From Octopus vulgaris (lineage: Eukaryota), in contig OX597825.1 of the NCBI GenBank assembly GCA_951406725.2, positions 51,894,001 through 51,958,000 on the forward strand: a stretch of 64,000 bases of DNA, given 5' to 3'. Below the pieces are notes generated by a model. The model saw nothing but the letters and a program-made list of their open reading frames with translations. It ran no database searches and was not told where the DNA came from. The number at the start of each line of letters is the position of its first letter. The first letter of the stretch is position 1. Made by a program: the position numbers and the translations under genes. Below are positions 40,013 to 53,559 of the stretch, piece after piece.

Positions 40013-40300
40013 ATGAACTGCAAGGCGCAGAACGTTATATACTGCATAACCTGCCCCACGTGCAAGGAGAATTACGTAGGTGAAACTGGTAATTCTTTGT
40101 GCCAGCGAGCCAGGATTCACCGACAACATATTCGGCAGGAAGAACTACGCAAAATACCACTAAGTACACACCTAGCTACGTGTGGAGAAGGAAAATTTAA
40201 GATCTTTCCCTTCTACAAATGTCCGAAGAACGACACCTCTTTCAGGAGGAATATGGAAAAACATTTCATAGCTAAGTTCTCCCCCAAATTAAATGGCTGA
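40013..40300 (+). CDS. PLE GIY-YIG endonuclease
   Basis: NVIYCITCPTCKENYVGETGNSLCQRARIH...STHL...RRNMEKHFI..F.P.LN. Confidence 0.9.
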   Translation: MNCKAQNVIYCITCPTCKENYVGETGNSLCQRARIHRQHIRQEELRKIPLSTHLATCGEGKFKIFPFYKCPKNDTSFRRNMEKHFIAKFSPKLNG

Positions 40301-40315
40301 AACTCTACTCATCAT

Positions 40316-40367
40316 ACATTGAAGGACAAATCTTTCGATTTACAATATAATATAGTAGAACATTTAA

Positions 40368-40446
<79 letters not shown>

Positions 40447-40890
40447 ATATGTTACCTGTTATATACATTATATTATTTTTGTAATTTACTTGCCAATTGT
40501 CATTCTAATTCTAACCTTCCTACATGCAATTTTCAAGATGGTGTAATTTGATTGTTCATTTTGAATCGATAGAAGGTTTTTTCTAATATTTCATGTATAA
40601 GCATGTGTATAAATAGTGACATTGAAGGACGCATCTTTCGATTTACAATCTAATATAGTAGAACATTTAGTATACGTCTGTATATGTATATATATATGTG
40701 TGTGTGTATATATATATATTGTCTGTTATATACATTATATAATTTTTATAATTTACTTCATCTGTACTTTTTAACTGTCACTTTAATTTTAACTTTCCTA
40801 TGATATACAATTTTCAAGATGGTGTAATTTAGTTGTTTATTTTGAACCGATTAAAAGGTTTTTTTCAAATATTTCATGTATAAGCGTGTA
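40316..40890 (+). repeat. Two tandem ~300-bp pLTR-like repeats
   Basis: acattgaaggac..atctttcgatttacaat...caattttcaagatggtgtaattt...tttcatgtataagc at ~40317 and 40619. Confidence 0.85.
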
Positions 40891-41009
40891 TATATGTATA
40901 TAGTGGTATAAATATCAACACAACTTTTTTCCCCTTCCTCCCTTATTTTTCTTTTTCTTTTTTTTGTCTCTCTCCCCTTCTCCAAACACACAGACACATG
41001 CACACACGC

Positions 41010-41056
<47 letters not shown>

Positions 41057-41621
41057 GACACACACACCTCCACAAAACGATCATACAAAGTGATAAGAAT
41101 TCTTACAAACCCAAAAAGACATTTGACCATCCCAACGATGTTAAAAGGAAATATAATTTATGGCTTACCTCCCCACCACCATACACTCAATGACACTGTG
41201 AAGTGGTCAAAACTGAAATTCTTAGAACCCCCTTGGAGTCAATATCCTGTCCAGCAGACCAAAAAACTTCTTTCCTTCTTCTTCCCTCTCCCTTCCCCTC
41301 TTTCTCTTTAGCAATCACCTCAGATACAAACACACACACACACACACGCACACACACACACATACACACATGTTCTCCCTCTCACTTTCTCCTCATCCAC
41401 CTCACCCTCTAGTACTGTCTTACATTCCTCCCCATCACAATGAGAAACTATAAAATGATTAAAATCCCCAGCAAAGGAACTTATTTTCATTTGAAAACCC
41501 CACTAGAATGGTAGAAAGCGCTAATGAACTAAGTGGTATGATATATATGTAAAAAATGTAATATATAAATAAATATCTGTAAATACAAACCATCCGATCT
41601 TCTGATTACCTCATTTCTTCT

Positions 41622-41677
<56 letters not shown>

Positions 41678-41759
41678 GGTGCCCCAGCATGGCCACAGCT
41701 CGTGAGCTGAAACTAGAATCAATCAATAAGCTAGTAGCTCTGCATCGGCAAGAGTTGAA

Positions 41760-43890
41760 AAAATATAGAAAAAAGTGAAAGGGGTACAGGAAACTTGCTG
41801 TGAGGAGTAGAGCACCCATGTTTCAGATTCAATCCTTCATCAGGGCATAGAGAAAAAGAGAAGTAAAAGAGAAGGAAGTCAGAGTTTACATCCTCTGAGC
41901 TTGCAGTATTGGCTGCAACTGGTAATGGACACAGAATAACGCAGGCTGCTAATGTGAAACAGAAGTTATAGGAAAGGGCGTGCAGAAAGGAGGAGAAAAA
42001 GAGCGATGAAGAGAGTAGAGGTAAGTAAATACAAGAATGTTGCAGAGAGAGGGTGGAAGGAGGATTAAAAATGGTAAAAAAGAATTAAGAGGAGGTAAAA
42101 GGATGGAAGGAAAATCGTTCATTCATACCTGTTGGGGACATAGTGCCAAGATAAAGTATGAGACGTTGCCCTTTTCGTTTCTTAGAGAAGTGTGATCTGT
42201 GGTGCAAGACCATGCCACACACTGATAAATCTGCAATAGAATGATTCACAGTGTTGAAGTGGGTGGCGACAGGTTGGCCTGGCATATGTAGCATTATGCT
42301 TCTGATGTGTTCGCAAAAGTGATCCCATGGTGTCACCTTGTTTCTCCAATGTAAAGAACACTACAGGGTTTTCATATGATGCAATATAAGAGATTCACCA
42401 AATTGCAACAAAAGTGGTGTGTTATATGATATTGCTTTTTGGGACCTGTGATAGTGATAATATTGTTGATGTAGGGGCATGTGTTACATTGTCGGTGAGA
42501 ACATTTAAAGGTTCCAGGTTGTGTTGAGCTGGGTGCTTTGAAGCTTCTAACAAGAAGATTTCTAAGACTCCTATATTTTTTAAAAGACAGGAGAAACAGT
42601 ATGGGAAAGATAGGGGCTGTTGTTGGGTCAGAAAATAGAATGTAAAAGTTGTGGGTGAGTTTGTATTTTAGAGGGAGGGTACGGTCGGTTGACGTGCATG
42701 AAGATGGTAGGAGAGCTGTGGTGTGGTTGCTGGCTCAGGCTTGGTGGAGTGCTGCGTCGAAAACTGATGGAGGATACCCTCGATTTAGTAAAAACTGTTG
42801 CATCATTTTGCAATGGGATTCGAAATCCAAATTGATGCTGCAAAGTCGTCAAAGGCAAAGAAATTGAGAGAAAAGTATGGTAGATTTAATGTGTTTGGGG
42901 TGAGAGGAAGAGTAGCAGAGGTAGGAGTGGAAGTCAGTAGGTTTATAGTAGACAGAGGTGGAGAGGTGGGTATTGGGTATTTTGACGGAGATGTCAAGAA
43001 AGCAAACAGAAGTATCAGATATGGTGTGGGTGAATTCCCAGGCTGGGTGAAAGGTAAAAGGTGTTAAAGAAAGAAATAAAATCGTCTGTTAAGGCTTTTG
43101 GCACCAAAGCAGTCATCAATGTAATGACCATAAAGCCCTGGGATGGGTCCAGAGAAGTGAACAAAGATTTGCTCCTCTACATAACTAATAAAGAGTTTCA
43201 CATAACTGGCACCCATCCTGGTACCCACCCTAGTACCCATAGCAACATAACTGACCTGCTTATAGAATTCACCAGAGAAGGAAAAACAATTGAGTGTTGA
43301 TGATCTCAGCTAGGCGGAGCAGTGTATTAGTGCTGGGTTCAGGTACAGAATGATAGTCTAAGAAGTGTTTAAGTGCTGGTAGACCGTCGTTGTGAGAGAT
43401 GACTGTGTACAAAGATTTAATGTCCATGGTGAAAAGGAGTTTGGATTCACCAGGTGGAATAGAGAATGTATTGAAGAGGTGTAGTGCATGGTTAGTGTCT
43501 TTGATATGCAAAGGTAGGGTAGCTACATCGGGGTAAAAGTTTGTCAAGGTAGGAAGATAAAAGTTCTGTGGGACAATTGCAAGCAGAGACAGTAGGGTGG
43601 CCAGGATTATCTTGTTGAAGTATTTTAGGGATGAAATAGATAGTGGAAGTTCGGGGTATGGTGACAATGAGGTTGGTGGCAGTAAACCAGAAGAGATCAG
43701 CTGGTGTACAGTGGTTGAAACATTCCTCTGGTATTGGTTGGTGGGAATCACTTGATATTATCATGTAGTATCTGGGGTCATTGAGTTGGCGGAATGCTTC
43801 TTTTCTGTAAAGGTCAGGTCACCAAACAACAATGGTGCCCCTTTGTTGGCCGATTTGATAACAATGTCCTTTTGTTGGTAGAGCTTACAG
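41760..43890 (-). mobile_element. Decayed Neptune-type PLE (RT + GIY-YIG + pLTR)
   Basis: IYFIPKI, LLFTMDIKSLYTVI, TNTLLRLAE, YIGET, QPVATHFN...RLILYLGTMSPTGMNERFSF. Confidence 0.9.
41812..41848 (-). ncRNA. Minimal hammerhead motif, degenerate
   Basis: Minus strand TGCC-CTGATGA-A-GGAT-TGA-ATCT-GAAA-CATG-GGTG. Confidence 0.6.
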
Positions 43891-43904
43891 ACCCCACTTC
43901 TCTA

Positions 43905-44168
43905 GGAAACAAAGGGAGCAATGTCTTATATTTGATCTTGGTACTATGTCCCCAACAGGTATGAATGAACGTTTTACCTTTTATCCTTTCACCTCCTCTA
44001 AATTCTTTTTAATCCTCCAGTATCAGTTGTAGCCAGCTTTTTCAAGCTGAGAGGATATAACCGCTGTTTGACTTTCTTTTCTTTTTCTCTACCCACTGAC
44101 AAAGGACTGCATACAAAATGTTGCATGTTCCACTCCCCAAGGCAAGTTCACTGTATCCCTTTCACTTT

Positions 44169-44172
<4 letters not shown>
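43905..44172 (+). repeat. Inverted copy of the PLE 3' end at its truncated 5' side
   Basis: atcttggtactatgtccccaacaggtatgaatgaacg...cactttt is the reverse complement of 41770-42180 (with internal deletion). Confidence 0.85.
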
Positions 44173-44223
<51 letters not shown>

Positions 44224-44236
44224 GTATACACATATA

Positions 44237-45487
44237 CAGGGGTTGGACAAATTAATGGAAACACTTAGCATCATAATTTTGAAATATCTATAAAACTGTC
44301 AAAAGCTTGTTTATTTTTATAAATATATTTTTTATTTATTATTAGTGTTGCTTAATGTTTTTTGCTAAAGTTGCTGTTTCTTTTTAGATATCATCAAAAA
44401 AGGTAATTAAAATTCATTAAAATGACAGATCTATCAGACTTTCAAAGAAGTCAAATTTTTGATGCTCCTATAGCAGGTGTTAGCATAATGAAAACAGCTG
44501 AAATGGTTGGTGTATCAGGAAGTACTGACTTGAAAGTAATGACAGCCTTTGAGAAAGAGAGAAAAACCTCCTCATCAAAACAAAATGCTAGAAGAAAACT
44601 AAAACTTTCTTATGTGAATTGTTAGAATGTATCTCAAAAGTACAGCTCCCAAAATTACTGCACAGTTTAATGATTACCTCGAGAACCCAGTTTCCACAAA
44701 AACTGTTTGCCAGGAGCTGCACAAAGCCAGATTTCATGGGAGGACTGCAATCAGAAAACCACTACTTTCAAAAACAAACATTGCAAAGCATTTAGAGTGC
44801 AGTAAAAACCTACAGAATTGGTCCCTAGAGCAGTGAAAGAATGTTATATTCTCAGATGAGTCATCCTTTACCTTATTTCCAATCACCAGCTGAGTATATG
44901 TGTGGAGACAGCCAAAAGAAGCACTTGACCCAGACTGCCTTCTTCCAACTGTTAAACATGGAGACAGATCTATGATGATTCAGGAATGGGGGTTTATCTT
45001 GGAAATCCACCAGCCCAATGGTCTCCCTTCATGACAGAATTAATATTCAAGACTATTTAAGCATTTTATCTGATCCAATTCTTCCTATGGTTGTGGAACT
45101 TTTCCGGAGGGAAACACAATCTTTCAGGATGATAATGCACCTATTCACACAGTTAAAGTTGTTACTGAATGGCACGAAGAACATTCTAGTGATGTTGAAC
45201 ATCTTATCTGGCCACCACAGTCCCCAGATCTCAATATCATTGAACATTTATGATGCATTTTAGAAAAACAAGTAAGGAGTCAATATCCTCCAGCATCATC
45301 ACTACAAGAACCGGAGACTGTTTAGCTGAAGAATGGACAAAAATTCCTTTGGAAACAATTCCAACTTTGTACGAGTCCACATCTCATAGAATTCAAGCTG
45401 GAATTACTGCCAAAGGCAGTCCTACCCCATATTAAAATAAAATTATTTGAAATTTTAAGGTGTTTCCATTATTTTGTCCAACCCCTG
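44237..45487 (+). mobile_element. Tc1-like (DD34E) transposon, full length, decayed
   Basis: TA-CAGGGGTTGGACAAA..ATGGAAACAC TIRs at both ends; FSDES, FQDDNAP.H, WPPQSPDLNIIEHL; transposase 44422-45435 broken. Confidence 0.95.
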
Positions 45488-46364
45488 TATCTGTTATCTT
45501 TCACTTGATTCAGTCTTTAGAATGAGGCCATGCTGGAGCACCACCTTGAAGGAATTTTAGTCAAATGAATTGACCCCAGTTCTTATTTTTTGTTACACCT
45601 GGTGTTTATTCTATCGGTCACTTTTTACCGAACTGCTAAGCTACAGGAATGTAAACGCACTAACACCAGTTGTCACTTGATGGTGAAGGGCAGACACGAA
45701 GACACACATGTATGCACACACACACATGACAGGCTTCTTTCGGTTTCCATCTATCAAATACACCCATGAAGCTTTTTGGTTGGCCTGAGACTACCAAACA
45801 GTGGGACTGAACCTGGAATAGTATAGTTGGGAAGCAATTTTCTTCCTACACAGCCACACCTATACCTATTAACCAAACATGTAAGTACATGTGTGTGTGT
45901 GTATATGTGTGTGTTGCTCTGTGTGTGTGTGTGTGTGTTTGTGTGCAAGTGTGATGGTAGAGACTTGAGAGCAAGATAGTGCTCAAAATATTATCTATGA
46001 CTACACCCATCCCCCAATCACCAACCTCTTAACATCTTTATCTTTGCTACACTGAATTCAGCACACAAATTCACCTTTCCCACCTAGCAATACAAGTTAT
46101 CTAGCAAAATGGTAATTCTCTATCCCATAAAGCCAAAAAAAAGTATTTATTTTTATCTAAACATTTCTAGCTAGAACAGTAATAGTGAAAATGGTAGAAT
46201 ATATCTTCACTTCAATTTAGTATTTTTGATATCATGGGAAATTTGATGTATATTTGTTTAAAAAAAAACTGCATGAGAATGTGCATCAGTGACCTAGTAG
46301 TTTATGATATTATAGCTATGGCTTTTTAAATGGAGGCTTTTGGTTCGAACCCTGAATGGTATTC

Positions 46365-46587
46365 TTATTTCTTTACTGCCCACAAGGGGCTATACATAGA
46401 GGGGACAAACAAGAACAGACAAACTGATTAAGTCGATTATACCAACCCCAGTGTGTAACTGGTACTTATTTAATCGACCCCGAAAGGATGAAAGGTAAAG
46501 TCAACCTCGGCGGAATTTGAACTCAGAATGTAGCGGCAGACGAAATACCGCTAAGCATTACACCCGGCATGCTAACATTTCTGCCAG
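46365..46587 (-). mobile_element. SINE family A
   Basis: Closely similar to 62527-62735. Confidence 0.85.
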
Positions 46588-46989
46588 ACACCAAAATGTA
46601 CTTGATAGACACCAAAATGTACTTAACCATAATTTATTATGAATTTATTACATACTGTATACCCCAACTTATTACATACCACTGTTTAAAACAAAACAGC
46701 TTAGAAACCAACGTACATTTACCATATTTAGTTCTGCTCCTTATTTAAGAATACATTTTCTGATACTACACTTCAATTATAGTTGTACATTATGTATGTA
46801 ATCATAGTTGGAATTGGTAATTTAACATACAACCTTGGCACCATTCTTGAGAAACTGGGATTCACACATGAAATACATGACTAAATAACCCCTTGTAGAT
46901 GGATTTAGTACTGACAGTCTGTGCCATGTACCAATATGAGGCCATTCGGTAACTACATAATTTTTCATACATGGAATTTAGCAGTGTAT

Positions 46990-47460
46990 TTACAGAGTCT
47001 CCTTAGTGTAGTATAACTGAAAATACAGGGCTGTACAGAGTGAGACATTGCACTGCTCACATTCAAAGTTTGTATCTTTTCACACACCATGCTTCATCCA
47101 TTCCCCCTGATGGGAGAATAATGATGAGAAAATGTCTCACTGTCAACTTTGCTGGACCAGGTAGAGCAGAAGGCCATCTTTGTAGCATTTATCCTTCAGA
47201 AGGGCAGTTGTTACTCACCTCCTTCATCAGTGATACTTGAAAATCAAGAAATTGTTCTCGACTCCCTTTGATGCAAGGCGTTGACCAAACAAAGGTTGAG
47301 CAGATAGAAAAATACTTTCTTATACCATTCTAGCACAGGAGTGAGATGTCACCATTTGACTGGAAAATGTACTCTACCCATTCCTTCATTGTAACAGAAA
47401 ACACAATTTGGTTTTCTGACACTATTTCTGTGTTTCTCAGTTTCCATCATTTCAGGGGTA
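46990..47460 (-). mobile_element. piggyBac transposase C-terminal fragment
   Basis: RKPNCVFCYNEGMGRV, EWYKKVFFYLLNLCLVNA, Cys-rich KDTNFECEQCNVSLC..FQLYYTK. Confidence 0.8.
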
Positions 47461-47469
47461 TGTTGCATG

Positions 47470-48190
47470 GGTTACATTTTTACAAGCTTTATATCTTTCC
47501 ATATCAAAGTGAGTAAACTTCATCTATGGGCTTATAACCTCATCTGTGGGCTTCACATAACAATAACCATAAAAAGCAGCTTATCCGAAATTCCAAACAG
47601 GAATGTAGGTTGCAACAATAGCCATCATCTGCTGTTATCAGAAATTCTTGACAGAAAAGTAGTGACCATAGCAACAATGTGGCTTTACATTAATGTGGCA
47701 ACAGCTTCCACCATTGTCCACTCATATGCATGGTGTTTCGATGTGGTCAGTACTGCTTCTCATCTGCGAGAGGTCAAGAAAACACAATAATAAGTTATTA
47801 TTTTAGCCCCCAAAATATGCAGACATTCCAATTATTTGGTTTGTTGCCTGTGCGCATACACATATATAGTGATGCACACATGTTTGTATTCAGATACACC
47901 AGTTAGCAAAACATTTGGATTGATACAAGCTATGGCACATGCATACATTTGAATGAGCATACAAGCATAAAAACATAGTTGACAGAAGTAAATATGATCA
48001 ACTGAAATGCCCACCACTTCTACTCCACCAAAAGGTATCAACAGTCTACAGAAAATATTGAATTGGACACTGTCATCTGATTTAAAGTGAATACTGAATT
48101 CACGAACTACCATCGATGAATTAATGGAAGGCTTCTGAAAATTATCTGACTGATGGGAGACACTGGCAAGCAAACTAATAACCATTAAAA
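47470..48190 (-). pseudogene. Pseudo-exons 47963-48190 and ~47470-47763
   Basis: 228-nt open exon (ORF 47832-48185) joined T|AT to an exon after the strong acceptor tcttgacctctcgcag. Confidence 0.55.
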
Positions 48191-49479
48191 CTGAACTGTG
48201 ATTGGTAATTCTACAATATCATAAATTAGTACAAGGAGTATCAACTACAATATTATAGTTTAGTACATAGGGGTATCACCTGTAATTTTGCTTTAAACCC
48301 CATTAACTTGTTTATGTGCTTCTTCATTAAAAATCTGGAGTTATTCTGATGTGATCTAGAATGCAAACAGACAGTGCCATGACTATCTTGTAATGAACTC
48401 CAAAACAGTGAATGTAAATGTCTCTTTTAGACCAAATAACACCATCAACGAAACTTTCCGGGTAAATGTTACAAAACTATCAAGTAGGAAGTCAGAAAGA
48501 CTTGATATTCTTGTCATAATGGTTGCCTGGTTGGTATTGTGTGAGGCTGATAAATGAAGATATATTTCGTTGGCTGCCAGAATAACAACTGATGCAAACC
48601 TGCAATCATTTAATGGAAATATTTATTGCTAGACATAAAGATGTTTGGTGTTGGCTATTTACAATTAACAACATTAATAATTGCTGACTGGGAGAGAGAC
48701 AGACTGCTCTGAAATTACTGAAAGCTATTTGTGTGACAACATGCAGTCAGCCCCAAAACATATAAAGTAAACTGAAACTGTGCAAGTCTCAATGGAAACA
48801 GAAGCCCTTGGTTATCTGCCCTTGGTCATCTGATCTTGACTGTCTGTCCTTAGCTGTTTGCATAAATGTCTGGAAGAGTCTGATTGCTGTGTGGAGGCAT
48901 ATATTGCTCAGCTAAAATGTGGAGGCACAAATCACTTGGCCACTTTTCAACACAGCAATTAAAAACGCCCAAAGTGGTTTTTATAGGGAGCAAGAAAAAC
49001 ATACAAGAAAACTACATCATACTACAACTTCATGTGAAACTGTGATGGTTTGCTCGTGGTGTCTGGCCAGTAATCTAGTGTTTAGGGTTTTGAATCATTG
49101 TTACAGTTTCTTCTTGTTATATGAAGCTGACATTTTACAAAGAAATTCTTGTCCATCTATTCTAAAGACAATAGACACTGAGACCCTTCTGCCAGAATGA
49201 TTATGGTTGCAGGAATAACCAAGCAATAAAGTGATAGAAACGTTATGTAGATAGTTTCCACAGATTACTTGAATGTTTTTCTTTGCTATCACAACAAAGC
49301 AATTAACATGGAGACAAATGGGCAAGGAGGTGGAGACAGATTGTATCTGAATTATGGAGTGGTGTTGAACATCTTATCAGCAAATAAGTATTAAGGAGGG
49401 CATTGGGGAAAGGCAATTTTTCCAGAGTTTACATACAGTAGGATTAGACTATAAGAAAGCATAGTGCTGCTACACCTTA

Positions 49480-50085
49480 ACAAGTTGACATCTGTTGTAA
49501 CTGACATCTTGATTTCAATGGCTAAGTGGTTTGGTGAATCAAACAACATTGTCAGTTGCTCATCGTCGAAAGCGATGAAAATTCATTCACATTCAAGTAT
49601 ATTTTGAAGTCTATGAGTAGAGATATACGTATTTATCTATAGATGTCAAAATGTATAAATGTTGGTATTAAGTATAAATGAATGTATGTGTGAAAGTTTC
49701 TGTGTATAAAAGTATGCATATTGATAGATATGTTTGAAGTATGTGTATGTAAGTATAAATGTATGTGTGTTTGTGTGTGTGTGTATCCATATGGTTGTTG
49801 ACAGCTACATATATAGAGATACATAGATAGTTACATACATTTGTGTAAGTATATAAACAAATGCTGATGCTTTACATCCAGTGCAAGCCTGGCTTTTGTT
49901 TCTATTTGGCCATTCTGTCTTTCATATTATATATTATCTACTTACCTAAAGACATGATACGTATAATGAAATATGTTGTGGATGTGTATTTGTATACAAA
50001 CACACACACATACATGCACATACATATGCATGCATACATGTATAAATATATCCCTAAATATATACATGCCTATATATAGATATAT

Positions 50086-50149
<64 letters not shown>

Positions 50150-50624
50150 CCATAAATAAATATATCCATATATATATGCATATATACATAAATATATGCA
50201 TATATATATATATAAGCATTCATATATATATATAAGCACTCATACACAAGATAATGCACAAAATAGATAAAAGGAAACATTTTGACAATAAATAAAATGT
50301 ACAAATCACCAAATTTGTCATTAATCTGTTTATGACCAAATATATTTTCTGCGAACCTTCATTTTATCTAACCATACGTCCATTGCATCTCTCCTTACAG
50401 CTTTTTAGCGTTCTTCAAGTAAATCACTTAAAAGCTAATTTTAATCTCAATTGAGACCTATCAAACAAGACTGATTGAGATCATAAAGTTCAACATTCTT
50501 CGTATCTGAGACAGCTAAGTGTACGGAAGACCTATATACTTCAAATCAATATGTGTGTGTGTGTTTGTGGCTTTAATATGTGTGTGTGTGTGTGTGAAAG
50601 TACATATAAAATATTGTTGTATAA

Positions 50625-50680
<56 letters not shown>

Positions 50681-50804
50681 CAAACATATTTGTATGCATA
50701 GACACACACTCACCTCACACTCACACATATGTAAACATACATGTATATAAGTATATATATTTGAGTGTGTGGTGTGTGGGTATGTGCTTGTAGTATTTTT
50801 GTTG

Positions 50805-50835
<31 letters not shown>

Positions 50836-51179
50836 TGTATATACACACCCACCCACACCCACACACACACACACATATATATACATATACATATATGCAC
50901 ACATATATGTATATCAACACTGATTTTAGACATGTGTGTGTATGTATGTATGTATGTATGTATATGTATATCGATATTAGTCGTACTTGAAGTTGATAGC
51001 ATTAGTTTAAAACGATGGAGAAGTAGAAGCTCAAGGATATCATTTACTTTGACAAGACTTTTCCTCTTAATTGTTGTATCTTTTCAGTAAGTGCACCAAT
51101 TAAATACCACGTTGTTAGTGTTTTTATTACTTTAACTCAGGATGCCCATATAAAAACCACGGAAATAATGTTGTTGAAA
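49480..51179 (-). pseudogene. Pseudo-exons 51048-51179, 50378-50531, 49839-49945 and one starting at 49610
   Basis: Three consecutive phase-matched junctions (first exon needs one internal frameshift); e.g. ...IGLN*D*N*LLSDLLEER*KAVRRDAMD. Confidence 0.65.
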
Positions 51180-51559
51180 CTAATGTTTTTCACTATTTTA
51201 TGATTTTCATCATCATTCTTCTTGTTTTTATTTAGCCCTAGATGGCTTTTAGTTAACGTACATATGATCATAAGCATTCTAAACTTGACTATCCAACCCT
51301 TATCTCAGGCAGTTCTAAGACAGGTATTCAATTATTGTTTTCTAATAGACTGAAGGGAATGATTTGAAGATTATTTTACTGTTATTTCTAGTGTATAGAA
51401 TAAACATATGGAAGCTCCTTTTTGGGAGTCTAGAAATATAGAATTTCATAAAAAGGAAAATGTGTAAATTCCCTCCCCAACTTGGATATTTTTTTAATGA
51501 AATTTTCTGTAAATACCTTTCAGATAGAGAAGATTCCAGTTATATTGAAATTTGTTATG

Positions 51560-52823
51560 AAAAGTTTTGTGTGTGTCTGTCTGTGTGAATCCCTAAAACT
51601 CGAGAACTACCCAACCAAATTCATTCAAATTTTACACATGCCTTACATATGGTCCATGCAGTGTCATGGGCCAAAAAAATTTCCACTTTTTGTCTGATGC
51701 ATGCCCAGAGCATTATATCTTACACTATTTTAGTATTACATGTCAAAAGTGAAACCATAACATCTCTCTATTGCAATGTGAGATACTTTCAGTTTAATAC
51801 TTTCACTATTAACGTGAAACTATTAAGTCACATATATACATGCATCTCTATATCTATATATATAAAGATGAGAATGTGTGTCCATCTGTCTGTCTGTCTG
51901 TGTTTGTCTGAATCCCTAAAACTCGAGAACTACCCAACCGATTTCATTCAAATTCTACACTCGCCTTACTTACGGCCCATGCAGTCTGATGCTGCATCAA
52001 CTACTGCTGCACAAGCTGCAGAGAACAAAAACGAATGCACTACATGCCTGGTCAGGAATACTGCCAACATGGCTGCGGCGTGAGCTTCCCACACGTTAGA
52101 ACAGAGATATACTATGCAGCAGACTTCTGTTCAACAAAGAGCTAATAGACGAGGATTTTCAATGCCATGCAGATTACGATGGTCATTAAAGGCTTTCGAC
52201 TACAACCCTAAGCTTCATTTTGATTGCCACCCAGATTTGAACATTGGAGATATGCCCATCACTTGCTCTTTCTGCAATGCTAAGAAGTGCTCAAAAGAAA
52301 GTCCTACTATGTGTTGCGCTAATGGAAAAGTTAACCCCACTCCGCTGCAGGATCCACCACAGCTGTTGAGGTCAATCTATGCTGGCACAACTACAGAGTC
52401 CAAACATTTCCTCAATAACATCCGGAAGTATAATTGTGCATTCCAAATGACATCTTTCAGCGCTAATGTTGTTCAAGAAGGTGGGTTTGTGCCTACTTTC
52501 AAAGTGCAGGGACAGATTTACCATAGGATAGGATCGCTCAAACCTGCTGAAAATCAAGATCCTCAATTTCTTCAACTGTACTTTGTAGGCAATTTATATG
52601 AACAAGCCAACTGAAGAAACTCCATTTCCACTGGCACTAATTTTCACCTGATAATGCAACTTCAAAACCTTTTGCACCAGAAAAACAGCTATGTACGCAG
52701 CTTCAAGTGTGCCTTGGAAACAGAAGCTTCATCAAATTTTAATGTTGTCATTAATGCCCAGAAAAGACCATCTAGTGAACATATGCAGGCTGTTACAATG
52801 CACCCACATGCAATGAAATAGCT
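51560..52823 (+). mobile_element. Helitron fragment (duplicated 5' region + Rep/helicase N-terminal coding)
   Basis: TCTATATATATAAAG 5' end at ~51853 with (TGTC)n; ORF 52114-52614 C..C.AK..E...CCANGKV, FLNNIRKYN.AFQMTSF, FKVQGQIYHRIGSL; ends at YNAPTCNEIA. Confidence 0.9.
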
Positions 52824-53170
52824 GCACATAGCTAAATCCTCTTTTTCTGGACTGAAACAATTCTTCTTAGACATTATTGAAAATACTAAGCAATTTTCTT
52901 TCAATTTCTTCTCCCATTGAAAATTTTTACTCACATGCACATGCACTCATAATCAGAGACACATTGATAAATATACACACACACACTTGTGTACATATAT
53001 ATATATATATATATACATACATAGACTAGACATTTTACCAGACAACAACAATTCTTTCTCATGTTTTGATGCTTTCAATGCACTTTTGTATGCTGAATCC
53101 AGTTTTCCTCTTTTGTCCTTGTTTTCTAACAATGGTTTATTCATTTTCTACTTCATTTACAACAATCAAT
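52824..53170 (-). pseudogene. Pseudo-exons 53039-~53170 and 52824-52916 (latter cut by the Helitron)
   Basis: KPLLENKDKRGKLDSAYKSALKASKHEKELLLS-V-GEEIERKLLSIFNNV*EELFQSRKRGF; acceptor mutated (ttttcaa). Confidence 0.55.
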
Positions 53171-53559
53171 CGAGAAAAAAATAATCAATTACTATAACTA
53201 TAATCAAAAATTTAATACTGGTTTCAAATTTTGGCTCAAGGCCATTAAGTTTGGGGATGGGGGTAAGTCAGTGACATTGAACTCCAGTGTGCTGCTAGTA
53301 TTTATTTTATCAACCCCAAAAGAGATGAAAGGCAAAGTCAACCTTGGCAGGATTTAAATTCAGAACATAAAGAGGAACGAAATATCACAAAGCATTTTGT
53401 CTAGCATGCTGGTGATTATGATGGCTCACCACCTTCAACAAACATTTTAATATTAATACCTATACAGTGTAAATTTATTTGTCAAATTTAAATATGAGTT
53501 ATTTATTTTTGGAAGAAAACTCTGATAGTGTGTGCATTATAAATTTGATTAGGGCAGTA

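Larger units (their letters stand above)
37805..40890 (+). mobile_element. Near full-length Neptune-type Penelope-like retrotransposon
   Basis: IINLS..LKF.PTP, IKEADKG, FYGLPKIHK, RT motifs FDVTNLYTNIP / GTAMG..FAPSYANL / RYLDDCF, Cys linker CGDGRCGIC, GIY-YIG VIYCITC..CKENYVGETG; one TGA at 38776 and frameshifts near 38040 and 39850-39960. Confidence 0.95.

Noticed and set aside
40316-40890. CRISPR-like or regularly spaced array
   Set aside because: Only two long repeats, eukaryotic context and no cas genes; no short repeat-spacer array is visible anywhere in the window.
19563-50531. Stops in the exon chain rescued by A-to-I editing (UAG/UGA/UAA to Trp)
   Set aside because: One exon has four stops, and others have frameshifts, dead acceptors and a Helitron truncation; ordinary decay explains them better.
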